NCBI GenBank assembly: GCA_963677615.2
Contig: CAXXQW010000006.1
Location: 33,520 to 97,519, forward strand
Origin: Oceanispirochaeta sp.
GTDB lineage: Bacteria > Spirochaetota > Spirochaetia > DSM-2461
Direction: 5' to 3'
Length of the DNA: 64,000 bases
The position numbers and the translations under genes were made by a program. Each line of letters opens with the position of its first letter. The stretch's first letter is position 1. Shown here piece by piece: positions 57,134 to 64,000 of this stretch. The notes under the pieces are model-generated. The model searched no databases. It was not told the origin of the DNA and saw only the letters and a list, made by a program, of their open reading frames with translations.

Positions 57134-57233
57134 GGGATATGTCTATAAAAAACCATTTTTAAAAATAGTTTTTAAAATTCGGACTTTTTATAATACCTAT
57201 CCTGTCTTTTCCGGCCTTACCGAGGAAGGAAAA

Positions 57234-57731
57234 ATGAAAACATTGAAAAACTGGATTGTACTGCTGACTGCTCTTTTTGTATTGGGCGGAATGATGTCAT
57301 GTGAACTGTTTGAAGAAGAGGAAGAAACCATTGAAATCATTGGAACGTGGGACGCTGGAATTATTATTGATGGTGATCTGATATCCTTCAATAATTTTGA
57401 TTATTATCCGGATGAAGCAAAATATACTGCTGATATTATTTCATTTAGCAATCAATCATTTAATGCAGGAGAAACCGGAGAAGGTAATTGTGGTTACGTG
57501 GTTGTTTGTTATAACAATTCTCCCGATTATTCAGCCTGGGGTTTTGGTGTAAATGAGATTGAGGGAAAATACATGGTTATCAGATGGCAAAATCTAGAAG
57601 AAGTAGATGGTGTAATCTCAATGAGATATGCAGAAGGATATGGAACTTACTTTGATACCGCTGATGATGCGATAGAGAATGCAACAGATTCAAACGGATA
57701 TTTCTCATTTAGCTCTACAACACAAGAGTAG
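57234..57731 (+). CDS. uncharacterised lipoprotein (possible beta-barrel/lipocalin-like)
   Basis: Signal with lipobox MMS-C23, acidic tether ELFEEEEE, IIGTW motif. SD GAGGAAGG. Confidence 0.75.
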   Translation: MKTLKNWIVLLTALFVLGGMMSCELFEEEEETIEIIGTWDAGIIIDGDLISFNNFDYYPDEAKYTADIISFSNQSFNAGETGEGNCGYVVVCYNNSPDYSAWGFGVNEIEGKYMVIRWQNLEEVDGVISMRYAEGYGTYFDTADDAIENATDSNGYFSFSSTTQE

Positions 57732-57733
57732 GA

Positions 57734-58681
57734 ATGATAAAGCAATTGATATCAACAACCCTAATCATAGGGTTGTTAATTTCACTATTAAACTGTGGTG
57801 GAGAAGATTCTCCCTTATCTCCCTATACTCCTGATACGGACGAGACTTCCGATATGACATGGGAGGAACTCCTTGCCAGCGATTCCAGTTACCCGGACAA
57901 TGTGTATCTAACCGAGTTTGTCGAGTGGAATCCCGGGCTGGTTGGTTCTGCCCGTATGGGAACTGAATACACAGACGATTCGGGTTATCCATTGGAAAGT
58001 TTAACAGTAGATGCGCTTGGTCCCCCCGAGGGAGGAGGACCCCACACCGGCGGAGACGGATTAACCTGTCCTGTTGGAATCAACGGCTGGGCTGTATGGA
58101 AGTTCAACCCCGACTATGTCATTGTGGATGGTACGGGGGATGATTTTATGACCTTTACCAAAACCTGGGCCTGGGGCAGCGCCGAAGACGGACTCTGCTG
58201 CGAACTGGCCTTTGTGCAGGTATCGGAAGACGGCACCACCTGGTACGAAGTGGATCCTGATCCAACTATATTAAAATATGACACAAACCCTTCTCCTACG
58301 GTTGATAATGACAGCTATGTCTATGCCAACGTGGCCAACCTGCACGGCAACAACCCCACCAACGCAAACTTCCGGAAGGATATGCCCGCCGAAGCGATCC
58401 AGACCATTGACGGCGAAAGGATCTGGGCCGAGGTGGAGGGAGAAACGGTAAGCCGGTATTTCGAACCGGATGATCCCTACCTGGGGGGTATTTCATTTGA
58501 TTTAGCCAACTTCGTTCTGGTCAGCGATAACTCTCAGAGCTGGCCGTCAGATGGAAAAATGCGGTACCTCAAGATCATCGACAGCGATACGATTCTGGAC
58601 GGACAGGATTACAGCAAAGACTGGTGCCTGGGTGCCAATCTGATGTCCGCCATGGGTATCAATACCGAGGCAGCTCCTTAA
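57734..58681 (+). CDS. acidic surface lipoprotein, 'cell surface protein'/BtuH-like candidate corrinoid-binding protein
   Basis: Lipobox LLN-C. Motif series ALGPP.GGG, G.NG..V..F, I.DG.G.DF, E.A.V.VS.DG..W, GG.SFDLA, RY.KI.D, recalled from cell-surface proteins in B12 loci. Confidence 0.6.
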   Translation: MIKQLISTTLIIGLLISLLNCGGEDSPLSPYTPDTDETSDMTWEELLASDSSYPDNVYLTEFVEWNPGLVGSARMGTEYTDDSGYPLESLTVDALGPPEGGGPHTGGDGLTCPVGINGWAVWKFNPDYVIVDGTGDDFMTFTKTWAWGSAEDGLCCELAFVQVSEDGTTWYEVDPDPTILKYDTNPSPTVDNDSYVYANVANLHGNNPTNANFRKDMPAEAIQTIDGERIWAEVEGETVSRYFEPDDPYLGGISFDLANFVLVSDNSQSWPSDGKMRYLKIIDSDTILDGQDYSKDWCLGANLMSAMGINTEAAP

Positions 58682-58682
58682 T

Positions 58683-60638
58683 ATGAAATTTTCCCGAAGG
58701 TTTCCCATATTTGTCGTTCTATTCACATCTCTGGCTCTCCCCCTGACAGCTCAGGAAGGAACAACAGACGACCCCATCCTGATTGAGGATGAACGCCTGC
58801 AAACAGAAACCGAAGCGGGACAGAAAAGTGTGATTGAAAAGGAAACCTGGGAACAGAAAGGAGCCCGAACGGTTTCCGAGGCTATTCAGTTTACCCCGGG
58901 TTTGACGATGAGCAAAACCGGCACCACCCTGGAAAACACAACTGTCAGCATCAGAGGTACAAGCGGACAGCAGGTTCTGGTTATGGTCAACGGCATACCC
59001 CTGAACAACGGGAAGGGAGATGCGGTCAACCTGAACACCCTCAGCCTGAATAACGTGGTGAAAATAGAGGTAATTCGGGGCGGCAACAGCGCGGTTTACG
59101 GCGAGGGAGCTTTCGGCGGTGTAATCAATATCATTACAGAAGAAGAACCCCCTCTCTACTTCCAGGGAGATATCTACGGAAAAGCCGGGTCTTTTTCCAC
59201 CTATACAGGAGGGGGGGATTTCCGCTTTCCTGTAAATTTCTCCGGAACCCTGACCGGCAATATATCCGGTGAATACCGGATGACCCGGGGAGATTACAGC
59301 TACGAATCCAGCCAGGGTGATGTTGACCGGTCCAACAGCGAAGGATGGGCCGACAATGCGGCTGCCGGACTGGACTGGAATATCGGCGGGATGGACCGCC
59401 ACAGGATATCCCTGAAAACCTCCTGGTACCAGGGCGGCCGGGGAATCCCCGGTCTGATGGAGTACTTAACACCCGAAGCCCGGCTGGACGACTCCCGGCT
59501 GAACCTTTCCACCCGTTATGTTTTTACCGGCTACAGTCAGGAAGTTCTGGACAGCGAGTTTACCTGGATCCGTCAGGATTCCCTCTATGAAAATTCCGAA
59601 TCCGGAACCCTGCAGGACCATGAAAATTCCTCTCTCCGGGGACGGGTGGATTTTACCCTGCCTATGGGAAGAGGCGTTTTGACCTGGACCCCTTTTCTGG
59701 GCACAGCCGTTTCCAGCGATTCTTTAACATCCACCAGTTTGAGAAGCAGCGACGGCACAAACCTCCCGGGAGAAGCAAAGCAGACCGCTCTCTCAGCTTA
59801 TGGTCGCATTACACTGACAGGACAGGATTTCACTCTGACTCCGGCCTATCGCTGGGATGGCAGCGACACATCCTATGCGGGATGGGATTCCCGGTCAGAC
59901 AGCCACTCATCCTATTCACTGTCCGGAACCTATACCCTTCCGTTCTACAGGAGATTGACTGTAAAGAGTAATATAGGAACAGCATATCACAGCCCGGGGT
60001 TTGATGACCTGTTCTGGAGCGGTGGAGCTTTTGCAGAGGGAAATCCGGATCTCCTCCCGGAGGAGAACTTCAACTGGGATACCGGGATCTATCTCACTCC
60101 TGCCAGAGGTCTGGAGCTAACAACGGTGTACTTCCAGAGCCGGACAAAAAATCTGATCCAATGGATGCCAACTGCCGGAGGAACCTGGAGGCCTGTCAAT
60201 ATCGGAGAAGTGGACAGTTTTGGACTGGAAAACAGTCTCTCCTGGCTCCAGCCGCTTATGGATGAGAATTTATTTATGGAACTGAGCGGAACCTACTCCT
60301 GGATGAAACTGACCGATACCTCGGAAGACTCCATCAATCAGGGGAATCAGCTCCCCTATCGGCCTGTGCATTCCGGATCAGGGTCAGTCTCACTTTTGTA
60401 TAAGCGACACAGCCTGACTTTTTCCTCCCGGTATATGGGGCAGAGATTTACCAACATGGCCAATACAAAAGATCTGGCACCGGCCCTCATTATGGATACG
60501 GTATTACTGCTTCAGTTTGAATCGGGATTTTATACATCTCTGGCTGTGCTGAACCTGGCTGATCTTCAATATATTGACAAATTAGGTTATCCCGTTCCCG
60601 GCCGGGAATGGACTGTGACCGGAGGATACAGATTTTGA
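58683..60638 (+). CDS. btuB: TonB-dependent outer-membrane receptor (BtuB-like)
   Basis: Signal peptide; plug motifs IRG...QVLVMVNG.P and IEVIRG.NSAVYG.GA.GGVINIIT; GNPDLLPE; C-terminal PGR...GGYRF. Riboswitch context. Confidence 0.9.
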   Translation: MKFSRRFPIFVVLFTSLALPLTAQEGTTDDPILIEDERLQTETEAGQKSVIEKETWEQKGARTVSEAIQFTPGLTMSKTGTTLENTTVSIRGTSGQQVLVMVNGIPLNNGKGDAVNLNTLSLNNVVKIEVIRGGNSAVYGEGAFGGVINIITEEEPPLYFQGDIYGKAGSFSTYTGGGDFRFPVNFSGTLTGNISGEYRMTRGDYSYESSQGDVDRSNSEGWADNAAAGLDWNIGGMDRHRISLKTSWYQGGRGIPGLMEYLTPEARLDDSRLNLSTRYVFTGYSQEVLDSEFTWIRQDSLYENSESGTLQDHENSSLRGRVDFTLPMGRGVLTWTPFLGTAVSSDSLTSTSLRSSDGTNLPGEAKQTALSAYGRITLTGQDFTLTPAYRWDGSDTSYAGWDSRSDSHSSYSLSGTYTLPFYRRLTVKSNIGTAYHSPGFDDLFWSGGAFAEGNPDLLPEENFNWDTGIYLTPARGLELTTVYFQSRTKNLIQWMPTAGGTWRPVNIGEVDSFGLENSLSWLQPLMDENLFMELSGTYSWMKLTDTSEDSINQGNQLPYRPVHSGSGSVSLLYKRHSLTFSSRYMGQRFTNMANTKDLAPALIMDTVLLLQFESGFYTSLAVLNLADLQYIDKLGYPVPGREWTVTGGYRF

Positions 60639-61807
60639 AAAAGCTCTTTTTCTTTTTTGTGACGTCCCTGATCCTGCTTTCCTGTGAAGAAGAGATACAA
60701 TCGGACTATCAGAAATATATGGATAAAAACTACAGTGAAGTCCTCTTTATTCTGAATGGAGAGGCCGAGTCGTTCAGTGCCTATGCCCCATCGGACGGCG
60801 CCATGTACCGGGATATTCAGCTTGTAGGGTTTTCCGGGTCCAGCGAAGCCTGGCCCAAAGATATTCTCTACACAAATGACAGTATCTATGTGGTGAACTC
60901 CGGGCAAAACACAATAGAGCGTTTCAATGCGGCGACTCTGGATTATGAGGATGATCTGTACCTGGATAATGGATTCAACCCTATGACACTCTGCCTGGTG
61001 GGAGGCGGAACCAGAGCAGCCATTTCCGGTTATGGAGCAGACCAGGTAAAACTGGTTGACCTGGATCTGATGACAATACTGGATTCTGCCAATGTTTACG
61101 GGTCAACAGCAGAAACCAATGCAACCGATGACAGTTATGATAGAAACCCTACCGGTTTAGCCGCTGCTGGCACAACTCTGTATGCTTCCAATATCCGATA
61201 CAGCGGAACAGGGTTCAGAGAAGCCACCATAAGTATTTTCAGTATAGATGGGGCATACGGAACCCTGAACCTTGTCAAAGAGATCAATCTGGAAGAGATG
61301 TACGATACCTTCAGCGGAGAAAGCTATACCTCCGATTACGGTCTGAACCCCCAATCCCTTTTTGTGCTGAATGAAAAACTCCATGTGATCTGTACCGGAA
61401 CCAACGGAGGCAGTGAAGGAGATGACGGAAAAATCCTGATCCTGGATATTACCGACTCCACCTCCCCCACAATGCATAAAGTGCTGGAGATTGGTGGATC
61501 CCCTGAGGGATTCCGTTCCTCCATGGACACTTTAAATGGCGTGATGTATCTGGCCGGTGTTGGCGGTGTACAGTCCTACGATTATGTAAACGAAACAATC
61601 CTTCATGACTCAAGGGATCTAATCCTTGCCGGAAGTGATTCCACCCTGGATTATTACTCTCATGTGCTTTACAACAATGGCATCCTCTATGTTTCTGACT
61701 GGACCCATGACAAACTGAACCTCATAGACGTTTCGTCTAACGATGAACCGATCGATTCCATCACCTGCGGAGACGGCCCCGGAGCCCTGCTCTATTTGAC
61801 CTATTAA
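60635..61807 (+). CDS. YncE/BtuG-like seven-bladed beta-propeller lipoprotein
   Basis: TTG start at 60635 (SD GGAGG, TTGA overlap with btuB), lipobox LLS-C. Repeated blade starts WPKDI, NPMTL, NPTGL, NPQSL, SPEGF, YYSHV, GPGAL. Confidence 0.75.
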   Translation: MKKLFFFFVTSLILLSCEEEIQSDYQKYMDKNYSEVLFILNGEAESFSAYAPSDGAMYRDIQLVGFSGSSEAWPKDILYTNDSIYVVNSGQNTIERFNAATLDYEDDLYLDNGFNPMTLCLVGGGTRAAISGYGADQVKLVDLDLMTILDSANVYGSTAETNATDDSYDRNPTGLAAAGTTLYASNIRYSGTGFREATISIFSIDGAYGTLNLVKEINLEEMYDTFSGESYTSDYGLNPQSLFVLNEKLHVICTGTNGGSEGDDGKILILDITDSTSPTMHKVLEIGGSPEGFRSSMDTLNGVMYLAGVGGVQSYDYVNETILHDSRDLILAGSDSTLDYYSHVLYNNGILYVSDWTHDKLNLIDVSSNDEPIDSITCGDGPGALLYLTY

Positions 61808-61824
61808 CACCTATAAAAGCGGCC

Positions 61825-61919
61825 CTTCGACTCCGCTCAGGGACCGCTTAAATTTTCCATAAGTCTCATATCGGATTCTCTGGTTTTTTGTAAATTCTGG
61901 TAGCTGAGCGGAGCCGAAG
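61825..61919. repeat. REP-like inverted repeat pair between convergent genes
   Basis: CTTCGACTCCGCTCAG (61825-61840) and inverted CTGAGCGGAGCCGAAG (61904-61919), 15/16 identical, each within its own small hairpin. Confidence 0.7.
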
Positions 61920-62633
61920 CTAGCTTATCAAACGGAATGAGAAGGTTTTCCAGACGCGGATGTCTTCGTCCCTTTTGGGGAAGCGCCAGGCTTTTTCCAC
62001 GGTTTTAACCACTGTATCATCAAGAACATCGTATCCTGAGCTGTCTTCCACACAGATGCTCTCTACGCGGCCTTTATGATTAATGACAAACGAAACGGTC
62101 ACATCTCCCTCCCATTCCATGCGTTTTGCCTGGGAAGGATAGGCAGGAACAGGCATTCTGGCCCCGTTCAAATCTATTTTTTCCAGTTTAATCCCTGCAT
62201 AAACCGGTGGGGCCTGTGTTTCTGTAGGGACTTCCGCAGCCTCCCCCGTCCCTGCGGTTTCGGCAGCCGGGGGAACAGGGTCTTCAATAGCAGGAACCGC
62301 CGGTTCCAAGATGTCTGTTTCTACCGGTTGAGCAGAATCAGCCGGTACCATTTCCACAGGAGGGTCCGTTCCGGGAGCTTCGGAAACAGGAGGGGTTTCA
62401 ACCGGTTCGGGAGCAACTTTATCCGGTTCCGGCAGGGAGGGAAGAGGTAAGGATTCGGGAGTTGCCGGAACCGGAACCTCCGGTACAAAAAGGGACACCT
62501 TCATGGGGGAAAAATCCGGCATATCCAGTGTTTTGGAACCTGTAATATTTTTTTCCAGCACAAAGAGTAACACCCCATGGGCAGCTATTGAAACCAGCAG
62601 GGCTCTTTTAAAGATTTTCTCTGATGCGTACAA
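61920..62633 (-). CDS. tonB: TonB energy transducer
   Basis: N-terminal TM with S...H (SIAAHG), Pro/Glu-rich linker, TonB_C (YPSQAKRMEWEG.V.V.F.I...G.V...V..SSG...LD). Confidence 0.88.
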   Translation of the reverse strand: MYASEKIFKRALLVSIAAHGVLLFVLEKNITGSKTLDMPDFSPMKVSLFVPEVPVPATPESLPLPSLPEPDKVAPEPVETPPVSEAPGTDPPVEMVPADSAQPVETDILEPAVPAIEDPVPPAAETAGTGEAAEVPTETQAPPVYAGIKLEKIDLNGARMPVPAYPSQAKRMEWEGDVTVSFVINHKGRVESICVEDSSGYDVLDDTVVKTVEKAWRFPKRDEDIRVWKTFSFRLIS

Positions 62634-62752
62634 AGGCAGACTTTCCTTGATTATTGGGTTATATTATACAGGAATCCTCAGAATCTTCCAATAGAAAAAT
62701 GGGTGAAGAATCGGATTCGTCTTCATTATTTCTGTATTCCGGAGAGTTTTTT

Positions 62753-63397
62753 ATGAACCTTTCACAACGTCTGTTTATGCTGTTGTTTTTTCTTATACCT
62801 GCAGCACTCTTATCTGCCCATCCCCATATGATGCTGACCAGCCGATGCACCATTCACACCACGGAAAAAGGAGTTGCAGGCATAACCCTGGAATGGGAAT
62901 TTGATAAATTTTTCAGTGCCGATGTGAATATGAATTTCGATGAAGACAAAAACGGGATTTTCGATTCTTCCGAAACAGAAAATGTTTTTCAATACGCTTT
63001 CAGTAACCTGAAAAAATACAACTATTTTGTCTTTTTCAGACAGGGAGACAGGCGTTTCAGTCCTCACAGGGTTGAGGACTTCCGGGTATGGAATAAAAAC
63101 GGGGATACCATGGTTTACAGTTTTTTCGTATCCACAGAAGACTATCCAGATCAGGATATAAGCCTTGCGGTTTACGATTCCAGTTTTTTCTGCCATGTGA
63201 GCTACGACAAGGACAATCCCGTAACATTCGACAGCAAAACAGACTCCCGACCTTACCGTTACACCCTGAAAGAAAACAAAGATTATCCGGTCTATTATGA
63301 TCCCTTTGCCCCGGCAACAGATTTAACGGTATACACAGAGTGGCGGCCGGGACTGAAAACATTTTATCCCACGGAGATTCAGATTGAACTCCCATAA
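62753..63397 (+). CDS. DUF1007 family periplasmic metal-binding protein (ZevA-like)
   Basis: Signal peptide followed by AHPHM, W.FD.FFS, YF..F, AVYD.SFF. Start trimmed to MNLSQR (62753). Confidence 0.8.
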   Translation: MNLSQRLFMLLFFLIPAALLSAHPHMMLTSRCTIHTTEKGVAGITLEWEFDKFFSADVNMNFDEDKNGIFDSSETENVFQYAFSNLKKYNYFVFFRQGDRRFSPHRVEDFRVWNKNGDTMVYSFFVSTEDYPDQDISLAVYDSSFFCHVSYDKDNPVTFDSKTDSRPYRYTLKENKDYPVYYDPFAPATDLTVYTEWRPGLKTFYPTEIQIELP

Positions 63398-64000
63398 TGG
63401 TCAAATCCCCCCTGTTGTTTTCACCATGTTATTGCTGATCTTTCTGGTTCTGCCTGCAGGAGCCAATCCGTTTCTGGGATCTTCGGAACAAACAGTTCCC
63501 CAGGTAGCGACAGCCGGGCAAACCAGAGCGGATCTGGCGGAAAAACAGCTGGATTTGAGAAACAGAATGGCCAATATCATGCTGGATCTGAAAGAGTCCG
63601 GTTCCGGCAGGTTTCATCTGTTTCTGTACGGCATGGCTTTTCTTTACGGCATGCTCCACGCTTCCGGCCCGGGTCACAGAAAAACCATTGTCTTTTCACT
63701 CTACCTGGGAAAAGAATCCAGACCGCTGGAACCGTTAGCCATGGGTCTCCTCCTCTCTCTCCTGCATGGGGGAAGTGCGGTTTTTCTTGTACTTTTATTC
63801 AAATCCCTGACCGGCCCTCTTTTTTCACAGTCACTCAATAACTCGACCCTGCAGATGGAAGGCTGGGCGTATTCACTCCTTACTGTGATATCGTTTTTTC
63901 TGGTTATATCGGCAGTAAGACATGCGGGAAAGGGCCATATCCATGATCATACAGCGGGCAGACGCTCCTTCTGGGCTATTGCCATGACCGGCTTTTTTCC
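63384..64000 (+). CDS. RcnA/HoxN-like nickel/cobalt transporter (ZevB-like), 3' end beyond window; not in ORF track
   Basis: Manual translation gives ...FLYGMLHASGPGHRKTIVFSLYL...LLHGGSA...GHIHDH.... Probable TTG start at 63384 (SD GGAG); alternative ATG at 63426. Confidence 0.8.
   Translation, partial: MNSHNGQIPPVVFTMLLLIFLVLPAGANPFLGSSEQTVPQVATAGQTRADLAEKQLDLRNRMANIMLDLKESGSGRFHLFLYGMAFLYGMLHASGPGHRKTIVFSLYLGKESRPLEPLAMGLLLSLLHGGSAVFLVLLFKSLTGPLFSQSLNNSTLQMEGWAYSLLTVISFFLVISAVRHAGKGHIHDHTAGRRSFWAIAMTGFF

Noticed and set aside
56683-57162. ORF-track ORFs of 61-86 aa in the btuF-lipoprotein intergenic region
   Set aside because: They run through the two cobalamin riboswitches; the sequence is explained by structured RNA.
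62076-62500. Repetitive Pro/Glu/Ala-coding stretch as a DNA repeat or mobile element
   Set aside because: It is the normal proline-rich linker of TonB.
1-64000. CRISPR arrays, tRNA/rRNA genes, integrases, transposases, prophage genes
   Set aside because: No regularly spaced repeats, tRNA-like cloverleaf/T-loop signatures or mobility-gene motifs found by eye.

Overview
Bacterial chromosomal window, probably from a free-living anaerobic spirochaete (Spirochaetaceae-like). That assignment is inferred from the Cys-less 'A/S-N-G-x-x-E/D' solute-binding-protein N-termini, the fused E1 dehydrogenase and a diderm TonB system alongside Firmicutes-like catabolic genes. No rRNA, tRNA, CRISPR array, integrase or transposase was seen. 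Blocks from left to right: (1) 1-15.7 kb, visibly AT-richer, a sigma54-driven catabolic operon on the - strand: PAS-bEBP activator, split AtuA pair, two CocE/NonD hydrolases, OppABCDF-type ABC transporter, thiolase, CoA-transferase A/B, and a D-psicose/D-tagatose 3-epimerase cut by the left edge and absent from the ORF track. (2) A 2-oxoacid dehydrogenase complex in the order E2-E3-fused E1. (3) A hypothetical protein, a LarA-family protein, a FitAB-like toxin-antitoxin pair and ywbE. (4) A membrane-anchored AraC regulator, a TRAP transporter, an esterase and two URO-D-fold proteins, divergent from ycxB-fadR-uxaBAC-gntK with clear FadR-type operators. (5) A YesN/YesM/binding-protein sensory trio, a diguanylate cyclase and a sugar ABC transporter. 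(6) The DUF39/NIL-ferredoxin/UPF0280 homocysteine synthesis trio and adenosine deaminase. (7) A corrinoid uptake locus with two back-to-back cobalamin riboswitches: btuFCD-cbiZ leftwards, and two uncharacterised lipoproteins, BtuB and a BtuG-like beta-propeller lipoprotein rightwards, followed by tonB, DUF1007 and a partial RcnA-like Ni/Co transporter. The strongest candidates for undescribed biology are the sigma54 CocE/AtuA/ketose-epimerase operon, the Bacteroides-like lipoprotein-assisted B12 capture system, and the URO-D-fold pair in a uronate TRAP operon. All family assignments are from motif recognition by eye; no database searches were run.
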